Origin: Candidatus Latescibacterota bacterium
GTDB lineage: Bacteria; Latescibacterota; UBA2968
DNA length: 64,000 bases
Reading direction: 5' to 3'
NCBI GenBank assembly: GCA_965204745.1
Contig: OZ242010.1
Coordinates: 2,400,001-2,464,000 of the forward strand
Shown: positions 31,499-40,517 of the stretch, in pieces
Layout: each line of letters opens with the position of its first letter
How positions within the stretch are numbered: position 1 is the first letter of the stretch
Translations under genes and position numbers: made by a program
The notes under the pieces: generated by a model
Told to the model about the DNA's origin: nothing
The model's input: the letters and a program-made list of their open reading frames with translations, nothing else
The model's database searches: none

Positions 31499-32478
31499 CG
31501 CGCAACCTTCACGGCCTTTTTCGCCGCGGCCGAGCGGTACGCGGCTTCGGAAAACCGAGCGACTTGCAGCGCGAAATCCGGGGGCGAATACCCCTGCCCG
31601 TCACTGCGGATCAAATCGAAAAACACCTGATCCGGCGTCGTATCGGAAATTTCCGGGGGAATCTCGAGCGGCGCGTCATTGTGCAACACGGATTGCACCT
31701 GCCAGTTGTGGAGGTGGAACACCAAACAACCCTCGCTCCCGTGAATCGCCACGCGCTCGTCGTGCTGCGCCGCATTGCCAAACGTATTCAGCGTACCCGA
31801 GCCCCCGCCTTTGAACCGCACATTGACCACCATATTCGTATCCACGGCTTTGCCCGCGTTCTCCGTAAAGGCCGACAGCTCCACCGGTTGCAAGCCGGTC
31901 ATCCACAACACCGAGGCCACGAGGTGGCTACCCGTGTCCATGAACATCCCCCCGCCGGATAGGTCCGGGTCCAACCGCCAACCGCGGATCTGCCCCCAAT
32001 TTTGCGTCACGTATCCCACCACCCCGCGCAGTTCCCCGAGTTCGCCTTGCCGAATCAACTCCCGCACATACACATAAGGGGCCATGTAATTGCGCTGATA
32101 GGCCACCATCAAGTACAATTTCAGTTTGTCCGACAAATTGATCAGGGACTTTGTTTGGCGCGATGCGAGCGTCAGGGGTTTTTCAACCAAGACGTGCAAG
32201 CCCTTTTGCAAAGCCAATCGGACTTGTTCGTAATGCATGGCGTGGGGCGAACTGATCACCATCGCGTCCATGGCCTCGTGCCGCACGAGTTGGCGATAAT
32301 CCTCGTAAAACGCCATCTCGCTGCCCCATGCTTTCATCACGCTCTTTGCTTGACTCTCGTCCGGATCGGCCACGCCCACGATCTCCACGCCGCCGTCTGC
32401 CTTCAGGCGGGGCAAATGCGCCCGTTGCATGTTGCCACCACACCCGATCAAACCGAGTCGAATTTTTTGTTTTGCCAT
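31495..32478 (-). CDS. Gfo/Idh/MocA oxidoreductase
   Basis: GLIGCGG, HVLVEKP, GGGMFMDTGSH. Confidence 0.9.
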   Translation of the reverse strand: MAKQKIRLGLIGCGGNMQRAHLPRLKADGGVEIVGVADPDESQAKSVMKAWGSEMAFYEDYRQLVRHEAMDAMVISSPHAMHYEQVRLALQKGLHVLVEKPLTLASRQTKSLINLSDKLKLYLMVAYQRNYMAPYVYVRELIRQGELGELRGVVGYVTQNWGQIRGWRLDPDLSGGGMFMDTGSHLVASVLWMTGLQPVELSAFTENAGKAVDTNMVVNVRFKGGGSGTLNTFGNAAQHDERVAIHGSEGCLVFHLHNWQVQSVLHNDAPLEIPPEISDTTPDQVFFDLIRSDGQGYSPPDFALQVARFSEAAYRSAAAKKAVKVAR

Positions 32479-32515
32479 CGCGCTAACCTCCCAATCGTTG
32501 TAAAAATGTCGCCTA

Positions 32516-33316
32516 TCATGCCGCGTGTTCGGCCGCCATCGTCAATTCCTCTCTGCCTTCCAACCCGGCGATCACCGGAAACGTGCGCGATGAGGCCGTG
32601 CCTCGCGCCATGTAGCGCACGGTCGGCGGAAAATACGCATAGAGCGCGGTGTGCCTGGGATGAGGCGAGTGGTTCGGCCCGGATCCGTGGACGCACAAGC
32701 TGTGAAACAACAGGGCCGTCCCTGCCTTGAGGGGCACTTCAAGGGCCGTAGCCAGATTTTTTTTCTCCGTCAACGCGGCATCTTGAGGCCGCGCAATATG
32801 CCCCCATTTCTGCATGCCCCACTTGTGGCTTTCGGGAATGACCTGAATGCACCCGTTCTCCGAATTGGAATCGGTCAGCGCGATGCTCACGGTCACGAGC
32901 GCGGGCGGCTCCATAGGCCAATACGCCGAATCCTGATGAAACCCGTGCGACGACCCGTGAAACGCGGGCTTGAGCATGAGAGTGCTACGGAACAACAACA
33001 AATCCAGCCCGATCAAATTTTGCACCACCGGCACCAGTTTGGGATGCGCGGCCAAATTTTTGAACACCTCGGAAAAATCGCGCGTCTGTTCGATCTTTCG
33101 CAACACCGGCAGGCCCTCTTGTCGTTTGTCCTTTGCATACGGCTCGCGCTGAAAATGGCCCGCACGCGTATCGCCCTGCTCGACCAATTCCGCGGCGAAG
33201 GCGTGTAAGTTGCGAATCTCCGCTTCGCACGCGCCCAACTCATCTGCCGACACCACGCCTTCGACGATGAGATAGCCTTGATCGTAAAAAAATGCCCTCT
33301 GTTCCTCTCGCGTCAT
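32516..33316 (-). CDS. Phytanoyl-CoA dioxygenase family protein
   Basis: FFYDQGYLIV, FHQDSAYW, ENGCIQVIPESH, FHSLCVHGS. Confidence 0.9.
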   Translation of the reverse strand: MTREEQRAFFYDQGYLIVEGVVSADELGACEAEIRNLHAFAAELVEQGDTRAGHFQREPYAKDKRQEGLPVLRKIEQTRDFSEVFKNLAAHPKLVPVVQNLIGLDLLLFRSTLMLKPAFHGSSHGFHQDSAYWPMEPPALVTVSIALTDSNSENGCIQVIPESHKWGMQKWGHIARPQDAALTEKKNLATALEVPLKAGTALLFHSLCVHGSGPNHSPHPRHTALYAYFPPTVRYMARGTASSRTFPVIAGLEGREELTMAAEHAA

Positions 33317-33402
33317 TTCGCGCCTCCTATGTGATTATGATAATGACCCTCCCCGCACAGGCGTAGCCTACAAGCGTAGCGAGTAACGGGGTTTTAAGAA
33401 TC

Positions 33403-33750
33403 GTGAAGAACCCCGTGCTAAAGCCTCGGGGCTTCAGAGGCACTACAGCACAGGTCGTCCTGTCAACGAGACTGCGAACCTATACGAGCGTCCGTCTTAC
33501 GGTCTCTCTTGGAAACGTCCACTTCCAAACGTCGCTTACAGCCAGTCACCGCACGAAACAAGAGCCTTTTCTTGTACGTGAAGGTTGCGGCGACCTCTCA
33601 TGTTGGGGCGAATAATTATTCGCCCCAACACATGGGGAATATATCCCCTACGCACAACATTGCAAGCCCTAAAAAAGTGCTCATGCTAAAGCACGCAAGT
33701 TCTTATATCCCCCTGCGAAAGCATGGGGGTCTTACGGATTGTTTAGATAA
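33403..33750 (-). mobile_element. Non-autonomous IS200/IS605 derivative with no tnpA/tnpB that keeps both ends and an omega-RNA-like right end
   Basis: Minus strand: left end TTATCTAAACAATCCGTAAGACCCCCATGCTTTCGCAGGGGGATATAAG; right end GTAAGAC...GCAGTCTCGTTGA...GAAGCCCCGAGGCTTTAGCACGGGGTTCTTCAC. Confidence 0.7.
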
Positions 33751-34022
33751 CGGAGTTGGGGAAGTACGCGACCGCGTAGCCATTCGCGGCATTGTCCTTC
33801 GCTGTTGCCCGTCACATTGTACGCAAACGTATTCATGCGGCGGTCACGGCTTGCTTCTTACTCGCTTTTTACGCTTAATTCGCATCGGTTATGAAACTGT
33901 ATGGCTTTCATCTACATTCATCGCCGTGCATAGGGTTTTGGGAGTGGATGAGGCGGTTCTCCCTTCTCGCGCCTTTGGGGTTGGGTTGGGTGGACTGACC
34001 ACTGCCTTTCACATTTAACACC

Positions 34023-34051
34023 TTGACACGCGCCAAGGCTTTTGTTAAATT
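34023..34051 (+). promoter_or_regulatory. sigma70 promoter of tRNA-Phe
   Basis: TTGACA-17 bp-TAAATT. Confidence 0.75.
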
Positions 34052-34075
34052 TGTCACCGCATCGGGAAGAATGGC

Positions 34076-34151
<76 letters not shown>

Positions 34152-34421
34152 TCATTCTCGACCCCACCGCGCAGGGTTTCAAGCCCTTGCGCGGTTTTTT
34201 TGTTTTCCACAAGAGGCAGAGGCAAGTGCCCAAGTGCGTGCCCAGCCCACTTCCGCGCCGCCGTGTGCGTTATCCCGGCCCATATTCCCCGGCCTCTCGC
34301 GTCTCGCGTCTTTTGCTGATTGAAAAAATCTCGTGCCCGTTTTCATTTTAGACAAAATAATAACACTGCCGATTTTAGGATCAGCAGTGCTATTCGTTTG
34401 TCCATTGTGCGTTTGAGCTGT

Positions 34422-35195
34422 TCATTCAGCCGTGGGATCGAAGCCTTCGATGCGCCCTTCTTGGATCTCGATCTCGTCGCGGCGTCTGATTTTTTCGACT
34501 TGGCCGTCGCGCAAATCGACCACGCGATCAGACACGCCGAGCATCTTGTGATCGTGCGTGTTGGTCACGATGGTAACGCCGCTTTCGCCCTGCATCTTGA
34601 GCAACAATTCGATGATTTCCTGCCCGGTTTTTAAGTCCAAGTTGCCGGTTGGCTCGTCAGCCAAAATCAGATCCGGGTCATTCGCCATGGCACGGGCGAT
34701 AGCCACGCGCTGCTGCTGACCGCCGGACAACTCGTAGGGCTTGTGATGCAGGCGGTCCGCGAGGCCCACCAGCGACAATTTGTGCGCGGCTTTTTCCTCG
34801 TATTCCTTGCGCGGCATGCCCGAAAATACCATCGGCAAAGACACGTTTTCGAGCGCGGTCATGACGGGAATCAGGTTGAACGATTGAAAAATGTACCCGA
34901 CGCTGTGGCAACGCAAATACGCGATTTGCCCTTGGCTCATGTCGCCCATGTTCGCGCCATTGACCAAGACCGTGCCCTTGGTGGGCGTGTCCAACGCGCC
35001 GACCATGTTGAACATCGTGGTTTTGCCGGAACCCGAAGGCCCCATGATGGACAAGTACTCCCCGCGAATCACATTGAGATTCACGCCGCGCAGGGCATGC
35101 ACTTCCTGATCGCCCATCCGATAGGTTTTCCACACCCCTTGCACGTTGATGATGTAATCCTCGTTGCCATTGCCGACTTGTTGTTCTCGCGCCAT
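34422..35195 (-). CDS. ABC transporter ATP-binding protein (LolD/MacB type)
   Basis: GPSGSGKT, LSGGQQQRVAIARA, ILADEPTGNLD. Confidence 0.93.
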   Translation of the reverse strand: MAREQQVGNGNEDYIINVQGVWKTYRMGDQEVHALRGVNLNVIRGEYLSIMGPSGSGKTTMFNMVGALDTPTKGTVLVNGANMGDMSQGQIAYLRCHSVGYIFQSFNLIPVMTALENVSLPMVFSGMPRKEYEEKAAHKLSLVGLADRLHHKPYELSGGQQQRVAIARAMANDPDLILADEPTGNLDLKTGQEIIELLLKMQGESGVTIVTNTHDHKMLGVSDRVVDLRDGQVEKIRRRDEIEIQEGRIEGFDPTAE

Positions 35196-35353
35196 TGTGT
35201 TCTCCTCTTGCAATAAATCCGTTGTCGAAGCCCATTTTAGCGAAATCCCTTGGGCATGTCAAGCCAAATAAAATTTTGCGTGATTCCCAATGCGTCTTTC
35301 CCTATATTCCGTCGCCATTCAACTCGCACAACTCAAAGGAAAGGACCCCTATC

Positions 35354-36178
35354 GTGAAACTCGCCGTGTGCAATGAATTTTTTGATGACTGGACAATTGA
35401 TCAGGTCTTTGACTACGCCGCGGAAATCGGCTGTGATGGCGTGGAAATCGCGCCCTTTACACTGGCCCCAAGCGTGACGGACATTTCGGCAAAACAGCGC
35501 GGGGACATTCGCAAAGCCGCAGAACGTGCAGGCGTGGAAATCGTCGGCCTCCACTGGTTGCTCGCCAGTCCGCCGGGGCTGTACCTCACGCACCCAGACG
35601 AAACGATCCGCAACAAGACAGAGGCGTACATCAAGGCGTTGATCAATTTCTGCGGGGACTTGGGCGGCCGGATCATGATCCACGGATCCCCCGCACAGCG
35701 AAATATCCAAGAAGGCTGGGATCGCCAAGCCTGCTGGCAATATGCCGTTGACGTATTTTCCAACTGCACCCGCGACATGGAGGCCAACGACGTCACCTAT
35801 TGCATCGAAGCCCTGACCGGCAACGAGACCAATATCTTAAACGCCATCTCCGAAGCCCTCCAGATGGTCGCAGATGTGGGCCATCCCAATTTCCAGACGA
35901 TGGTGGATACCAAAGCCGCCGCCGCCGAGAACAAGTCCCATGTGGATGTGATCGCCGAGGCGGGCAAGGCCATGCGCCACGTCCACGTCAACGATCCCAA
36001 CTTGCGCGGGCCGGGATTTGGCGATTTGCAATTCGCCTCCATCCTCCGCGCCCTCAAAGACCGGCACTACGACGGCTATGTCTCCGTCGAAGTCTTCAAC
36101 TTCAAACCGGATCCGCAAACCATTGCCGCCCGTAGCATCGGCTACCTCAGAGGCATCTTGGAAGGCCTGGAGAATTAA
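35354..36178 (+). CDS. Sugar phosphate isomerase/epimerase (xylose isomerase-like TIM barrel)
   Basis: GCDGVEIAP, IEAL...ETN, HVHVND...GPGFG, YVSVEVF; GTG start. Confidence 0.85.
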   Translation: MKLAVCNEFFDDWTIDQVFDYAAEIGCDGVEIAPFTLAPSVTDISAKQRGDIRKAAERAGVEIVGLHWLLASPPGLYLTHPDETIRNKTEAYIKALINFCGDLGGRIMIHGSPAQRNIQEGWDRQACWQYAVDVFSNCTRDMEANDVTYCIEALTGNETNILNAISEALQMVADVGHPNFQTMVDTKAAAAENKSHVDVIAEAGKAMRHVHVNDPNLRGPGFGDLQFASILRALKDRHYDGYVSVEVFNFKPDPQTIAARSIGYLRGILEGLEN

Positions 36179-36400
36179 CGGCCCGCAGGCGAGCACGAGG
36201 GCATCGCAAAAAGAAGTTGCTGCACAAAGGCGATGACTCGATTCATCGCCGCGAAGCCGGATGGCGCGCCTGGCTCGATTGGGGGCATCGCACGCTGAAG
36301 ATTTTCGATATTCGGGTCAATGTGTTGATCGACCCGCAATTTGAAACCGAGCATACCCATTGCCAAAGCCATGAGTTTTGTAATTTCAGCCGACGCAACA

Positions 36401-36937
36401 ACTCTGGCTACACTTCCATCAAAACAAGGATTGAAACAAATTTCGAGATACGCGAATCGTTTCGAGGCGGGAACTCTCGCTACACTTCCATCAAAACGAG
36501 GATTGACAAATGGGGAAAATAGCTTAGATTTTTTGGACATTATAGAGAGGTTGTGATGAGGACATTGAATCGACATTGCGATGGGTGATTGGGATTCAAT
36601 GCACGATGTTCATCGTGTTGGTAGGATTGATGCTACCGGTGCTCTGGGTGCTGTTGAAAGGGCGTGCGGGATAACCTTAAACAGAGGTAAGACAATGACA
36701 ACTGATGAAAAATTGATTGAACACGAGACGCGCATCTCTCGGATGGAGGGTATTATTGAGGAGATTCGCACGCGGCTTACAGGGATGGAGGCTGGTCAGC
36801 GCGAACTTGGCAGGAAAATCGACAGCGTGAAGCATACGATTTTGGTGGGGTTGCTGTTTATCACCGGCTTGTTGTCGAAGATGGCGTTCTTTGATTGATG
36901 CCTCTCGCTACACTTCCATCAAAACGAGGATTGAAAC
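36401..36937 (+). CRISPR. Orphan mini CRISPR array: 37-bp repeats at 36401-36437, 36473-36509 and 36901-36937
   Basis: Consensus (A/C)CTCTCGCTACACTTCCATCAAAAC(A/G)AGGATTGAAAC; one 35-bp spacer, then a 391-bp interval; no cas genes in the window. Confidence 0.75.
36695..36898 (+). CDS. Small coiled-coil protein with C-terminal TM helix (XhlA/DUF1640-like) between CRISPR repeats
   Basis: MTTDEKLIEHETRISRMEG...HTILVGLLFITGLLSKMAFFD; GAGG RBS; stop 2 bp before repeat 3. Confidence 0.65.
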   Translation: MTTDEKLIEHETRISRMEGIIEEIRTRLTGMEAGQRELGRKIDSVKHTILVGLLFITGLLSKMAFFD

Positions 36938-37176
36938 CCGACCGAGCGGCGATTCCAGCGGGCCGGTAGGTGGTCAACGACGGCTACGGTTCGTGCGGGA
37001 ATAGAATATAGCCAACAGCGAGGACGCTTCTGAATTTTAGCAGTCGTCTGACGCTGGGGCCGTCCCTTATTTGCAGGATATCCCTCCCGTCATTCCCGCG
37101 GCGCAACGCGACCCAAGGCGGGTTTTCAACCAACTTCTCTATTTGTTTAGATAAGTTACAAGGAGGGTTGAACGCG

Positions 37177-38349
37177 ATGCAAAAGATACCTTCGGCATAT
37201 CAGGTGGGATACGAAAAAGCGCACCTACGCAATCCAAGTCTCGCCGCAAAGTACATTGAACACACGCGCCTCAATGACCCGGTCGCTGATGCGGTCATTG
37301 AGTCGTTGGCTGAGTTCGAGCATGGACAGGTCCATCGCTTCATCAAGGCCGGCATGGAACAAAACGCGCCGATCCTCGCGGACGCGCCGCGGCTGTTGCG
37401 CGACTTTTTTGAAGAACTCGAAACGCCCCCGGCGTGGTTTGATCGGGACGCGGTTTTTCCGGGCCGCCAAGCCTTCCACGAGTACTCGGACTTGTTCATC
37501 CCCGCATTCTTTGTCGCCACCCTCCAAAACGCTTCCACTTTGATCAGCAAGGCGTTTTATACGACGGGCCGGGTATTGAGCGGTTTCGGGGCCAGGCGAA
37601 TCCGGCAAAACACCCGGCACTTCATCGAGATTATGCTCCCGGGATCCTTAGAACGGCAGTCAGATGGCTGGAAGCAATCGGTCCGCATCCGGCTAGTCCA
37701 CGCACAGGTCAGGCGGTTGATTCGTTCCTCGGGCAACTGGGACGAGTCGGTCTATGGAGTGCCCCTCAGCGCCGCGCATCTCGCGCTCGCGTCGGCCAAC
37801 TTTTCCGCGACGATACTGAAGCATGTACAGACGCTCGGGGCGCAACTAGACGATGCCGCTCGCAACGGTTTCATGCAGATCTGGTGCTATGCTTCAACGC
37901 TGATCGGTACGCCCGAGGCCCTCCTATTCGATGGAGACGAGGCCAAAACCAAGGCGCTGTCCCAACTCGCGCACCTCTGCGAACCGTCGCCTGGCGATGA
38001 ATCGGTTGCAATCGCGAATGCGCTGGTCAAAGCCCTGCCCGATATCGCCAGAAAGACCGATCCTGGCGACCGACAATCCATGGTGGATCATACGTACCGG
38101 GTCTCGCGCGCGCTCCTCGGCGACGAACTCGCCGATCAACTTTCGTTTCCCCGGCAATCGGCGGCGGGACTGCTGACGTGGATGCGGTTGCAACGCCGTG
38201 CCCACAGGATCTCCCACCGCATGGCACCGGGCGTCGCCCAAAAGTGGCGCGGGAAGAACTTCGTCTTTCTGCTCAAAGCGTCGATGCTCGATGATCTCAG
38301 CTACCGGATCCCGGATCACTTGAAGGCAGACGAGGCGACTCCGTGGTGA
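37177..38349 (+). CDS. Oxygenase MpaB / latex-clearing-protein-like (DUF2236) family
   Basis: DPVADAV, PAWFD, GWKQSVRIRLVHAQVRR, WD...GVPLS; AGGAGG RBS. Confidence 0.8.
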   Translation: MQKIPSAYQVGYEKAHLRNPSLAAKYIEHTRLNDPVADAVIESLAEFEHGQVHRFIKAGMEQNAPILADAPRLLRDFFEELETPPAWFDRDAVFPGRQAFHEYSDLFIPAFFVATLQNASTLISKAFYTTGRVLSGFGARRIRQNTRHFIEIMLPGSLERQSDGWKQSVRIRLVHAQVRRLIRSSGNWDESVYGVPLSAAHLALASANFSATILKHVQTLGAQLDDAARNGFMQIWCYASTLIGTPEALLFDGDEAKTKALSQLAHLCEPSPGDESVAIANALVKALPDIARKTDPGDRQSMVDHTYRVSRALLGDELADQLSFPRQSAAGLLTWMRLQRRAHRISHRMAPGVAQKWRGKNFVFLLKASMLDDLSYRIPDHLKADEATPW

Positions 38350-38436
38350 CCTCTCCGACCATCCCCCCGGTTTAGCCACGAGCGGGGTACAACTGGCGAT
38401 AGCCACAAAAGGCACAAAAGGCACAAAAAGGGCCCC

Positions 38437-39474
38437 GTGGTGACCTCTCCCATCCCTCCCATCTTTGTACTGAGCACAGGGCGGTGCGGCTCGACGATGG
38501 TGTCGAACATCCTAAACCATCATCCGCGCGTGCTCAGCCTCTCCGAACTCATCAGCTATATCGGGATACGCTCGTTCAGCCGTCGTCGGACCACTGGCGA
38601 TTGGATGTGGGAACGCTATAGCCGGCAACAGCCGCGAACCCGTCTCATGTTGCAGGGGCGGTACGAGGAACTGCTTTACCCGCTCGACGATCCCAACAGC
38701 CGTTTCACGCAGGACGACGTGCCGCCTATTCTGTGTGCCACGCTCCCACACCTCACCGAACGGTACGAGGACTTGTTCGATGCGCTCGAGCCGATGGTGC
38801 GGGGCCAGCCGAGACAGTCGCCGGCCGACCACCTCCGGCATTTTATCGCGTGGTTGTGCCAACGGTACGGTTGCTGCACTTGGGCCGAACGCTCGGGCGG
38901 GTCCCTTCTTTTCGCTTCTAGATTGCTACACGAGTTTCCCGAGGCGCGGGTGATCCACGTGTACCGCGATGGACGGGAAACGGCCATCTCGATGAGTCGG
39001 CACTACCTCTTTCGCCTGATCGCCGCGACCATGCTGGCACTTCGATCCTTTGGATTCGATGCGATGAAATCGCTCGCTCGGGGAAGGCACTGGGAGCGAC
39101 TCAGCTCGCGCTTGGAGCCGTTGACGAGATTGTTGCTGAACCCCGCAAAGCTGCCCTACGACGAGCTGACACTCCGCGATTTCGGGGTTCTCTGGAGCGC
39201 GATGATCGAGCGGGGAGACCGCATGCTCAGCCGCTTGCCATCAGGCCACCTGCTAAATGTCAAGTTCGAGGCCATACAGGCGGATCCGGACCGCGAGATC
39301 CGGCGTCTCATTCGATTCATCGATCCATCGCTGGAAGATGAGGCATGGCTGGGCGCGGCGCGCTCAATCCCGCGACAAACGACGTCCAAGTTCGCGCAAC
39401 TTACCGCTGGCGATCAGGCCGCGCTCTCCGCAACGTGCCGCCCTGGGCTTGAACGCCTGGGATATCCGCTCTGA
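38437..39474 (+). CDS. Sulfotransferase family protein
   Basis: PAPS-binding loop FVLSTGRCGST, FPEARVIHVYRDGRETAIS, LERLGY. Confidence 0.85.
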   Translation: MVTSPIPPIFVLSTGRCGSTMVSNILNHHPRVLSLSELISYIGIRSFSRRRTTGDWMWERYSRQQPRTRLMLQGRYEELLYPLDDPNSRFTQDDVPPILCATLPHLTERYEDLFDALEPMVRGQPRQSPADHLRHFIAWLCQRYGCCTWAERSGGSLLFASRLLHEFPEARVIHVYRDGRETAISMSRHYLFRLIAATMLALRSFGFDAMKSLARGRHWERLSSRLEPLTRLLLNPAKLPYDELTLRDFGVLWSAMIERGDRMLSRLPSGHLLNVKFEAIQADPDREIRRLIRFIDPSLEDEAWLGAARSIPRQTTSKFAQLTAGDQAALSATCRPGLERLGYPL

Positions 39475-39515
39475 GCCTACCTAAGTAGATTTATCATTGG
39501 GAATAAGGTACATCA

Positions 39516-40118
39516 ATGCCGCGTAAAAATAGGTTTCTCAACATCGGCGACCCGGCCCCCTTATTCACGCTTCCCTCGCATCAGCAACGAGACGTGTCGC
39601 TGGCGTCACATCGAGGGAAAGACCGCGTCATCCTGACGTTTTTTCGGGGAACTTGGTGAAGGAGAAGCCGTCGTCAGTTGGCGACCGTGCAAGAACACCT
39701 TGACGCGTACACCCAACGCAACGCGACGTCTATTGCCATCGCCGCCGGGCAACAGGTCCGCGAACTGCGCGAATACGCCGAACGCAACGGCATCACCTAT
39801 CCGCTTCTGTTGGACGCAGACCAGAGCGTAATCAAAAGCTACGGGGTATATCACTATTTCGGCCTAGCGGGTCACAATTTCGCGTACAACATTTTTCGCC
39901 CGGCGACGTTCATCGCCGACAAACTCGGCTATCCGTTGTACAACTATATCGGCTTGGCGGATCGCAACCTCCGCAACACCATTGCCCGTCCCGCGACGTT
40001 TATCATCGATGAACTCGGCATGGTCCGGTATATGTATATCGGATCGAATCAGTTTGATTTGGCCGAACAGGAAGAAGTTCTCGCACACTTAAAATCGCTG
40101 AAGAGTGAGATCCAGTAA
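39516..40118 (+). CDS. AhpC/TSA (peroxiredoxin-like) selenoprotein with in-frame UGA at codon 48
   Basis: IGDPAPLFTL...VILTFFRGTW-TGA(39657-39659)-RRS continues in frame into track ORF 39678-40118 (YPLLLD, RPATFIID); hairpin GTCGTC-AGTT-GGCGAC 10 nt after the UGA. Confidence 0.8.
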
Positions 40119-40186
40119 GAGACTTCGTCGCCGCCTCGAATATCATCCAGATGCACTGAACAACCCGGCACCGTCGAGCAGGAAAA

Positions 40187-40228
40187 TCTCTCTCTACACG
40201 TCCATCAGTGAGAGGAGCGGATTGAAAC
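40187..40228 (+). repeat. Degenerate CRISPR repeat copy 4
   Basis: TCTCTCTCTACACGTCCATCA-gtgagaggagc-GGATTGAAAC matches both ends of the 37-bp repeat. Confidence 0.6.
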
Positions 40229-40278
40229 GCAAAAAGAAAAGGGTTGTGCTCGGCAGGCGATCTGTGTAAATTTTGCCT

Positions 40279-40390
40279 GCCCTTACAATGCAATGTAGAT
40301 CTCAATTTGGTAGAGTGGCTCGCCGAGGCAACTCGGTCAGCGGGTTGCGGGTTCGAGTCCCGTCATTGCGTTGTGGGGGCTATTTTTTTT
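40279..40390 (+). ncRNA. tRNA-like small RNA lacking anticodon and CCA
   Basis: 17-bp closing stem (40279-40295/40364-40380), D-like arm CTC-AATTTGGTA-GAG, CCGAG-GCAA-CTCGG, T arm GCGGG-TTCGAGT-CCCGT, T run; promoter TTGTGC-17-TAAATT (40244-40272). Confidence 0.7.
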
Positions 40391-40452
40391 TCCACTTCTA
40401 ACAAGGATTGAATGGCTTAGGTTTTTGGACATTAGCAACATTGAATCGACAT
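40390..40452 (+). repeat. Partial CRISPR repeat copy 5 plus a deleted copy of the sequence that follows repeat 2
   Basis: TTCCActtctAACAAGGATTGAA, then GCTTAG.TTTTTGGACATTA...ACATTGAATCGACAT, which matches 36522-36576. Confidence 0.6.
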
Positions 40453-40517
40453 AACGTAGATATGAACACATCGTTGACGCAGGCGTTTCGCCTAAATGCA
40501 ATGGCTGAACGACGCAG

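Noticed and set aside
36312-36348. Additional upstream CRISPR repeat ending TTGAAAC
   Set aside because: Only the last few bases match and the spacing to R1 (~52 bp) is off.
36217-36522. 101-aa ORF with a repeated YTSIKTRI motif
   Set aside because: The repeated peptide is only the translation of CRISPR repeats R1 and R2.
40279-40380. tRNA-Sec (selC) next to the selenoprotein
   Set aside because: No TCA anticodon, no long variable arm and no CCA end.
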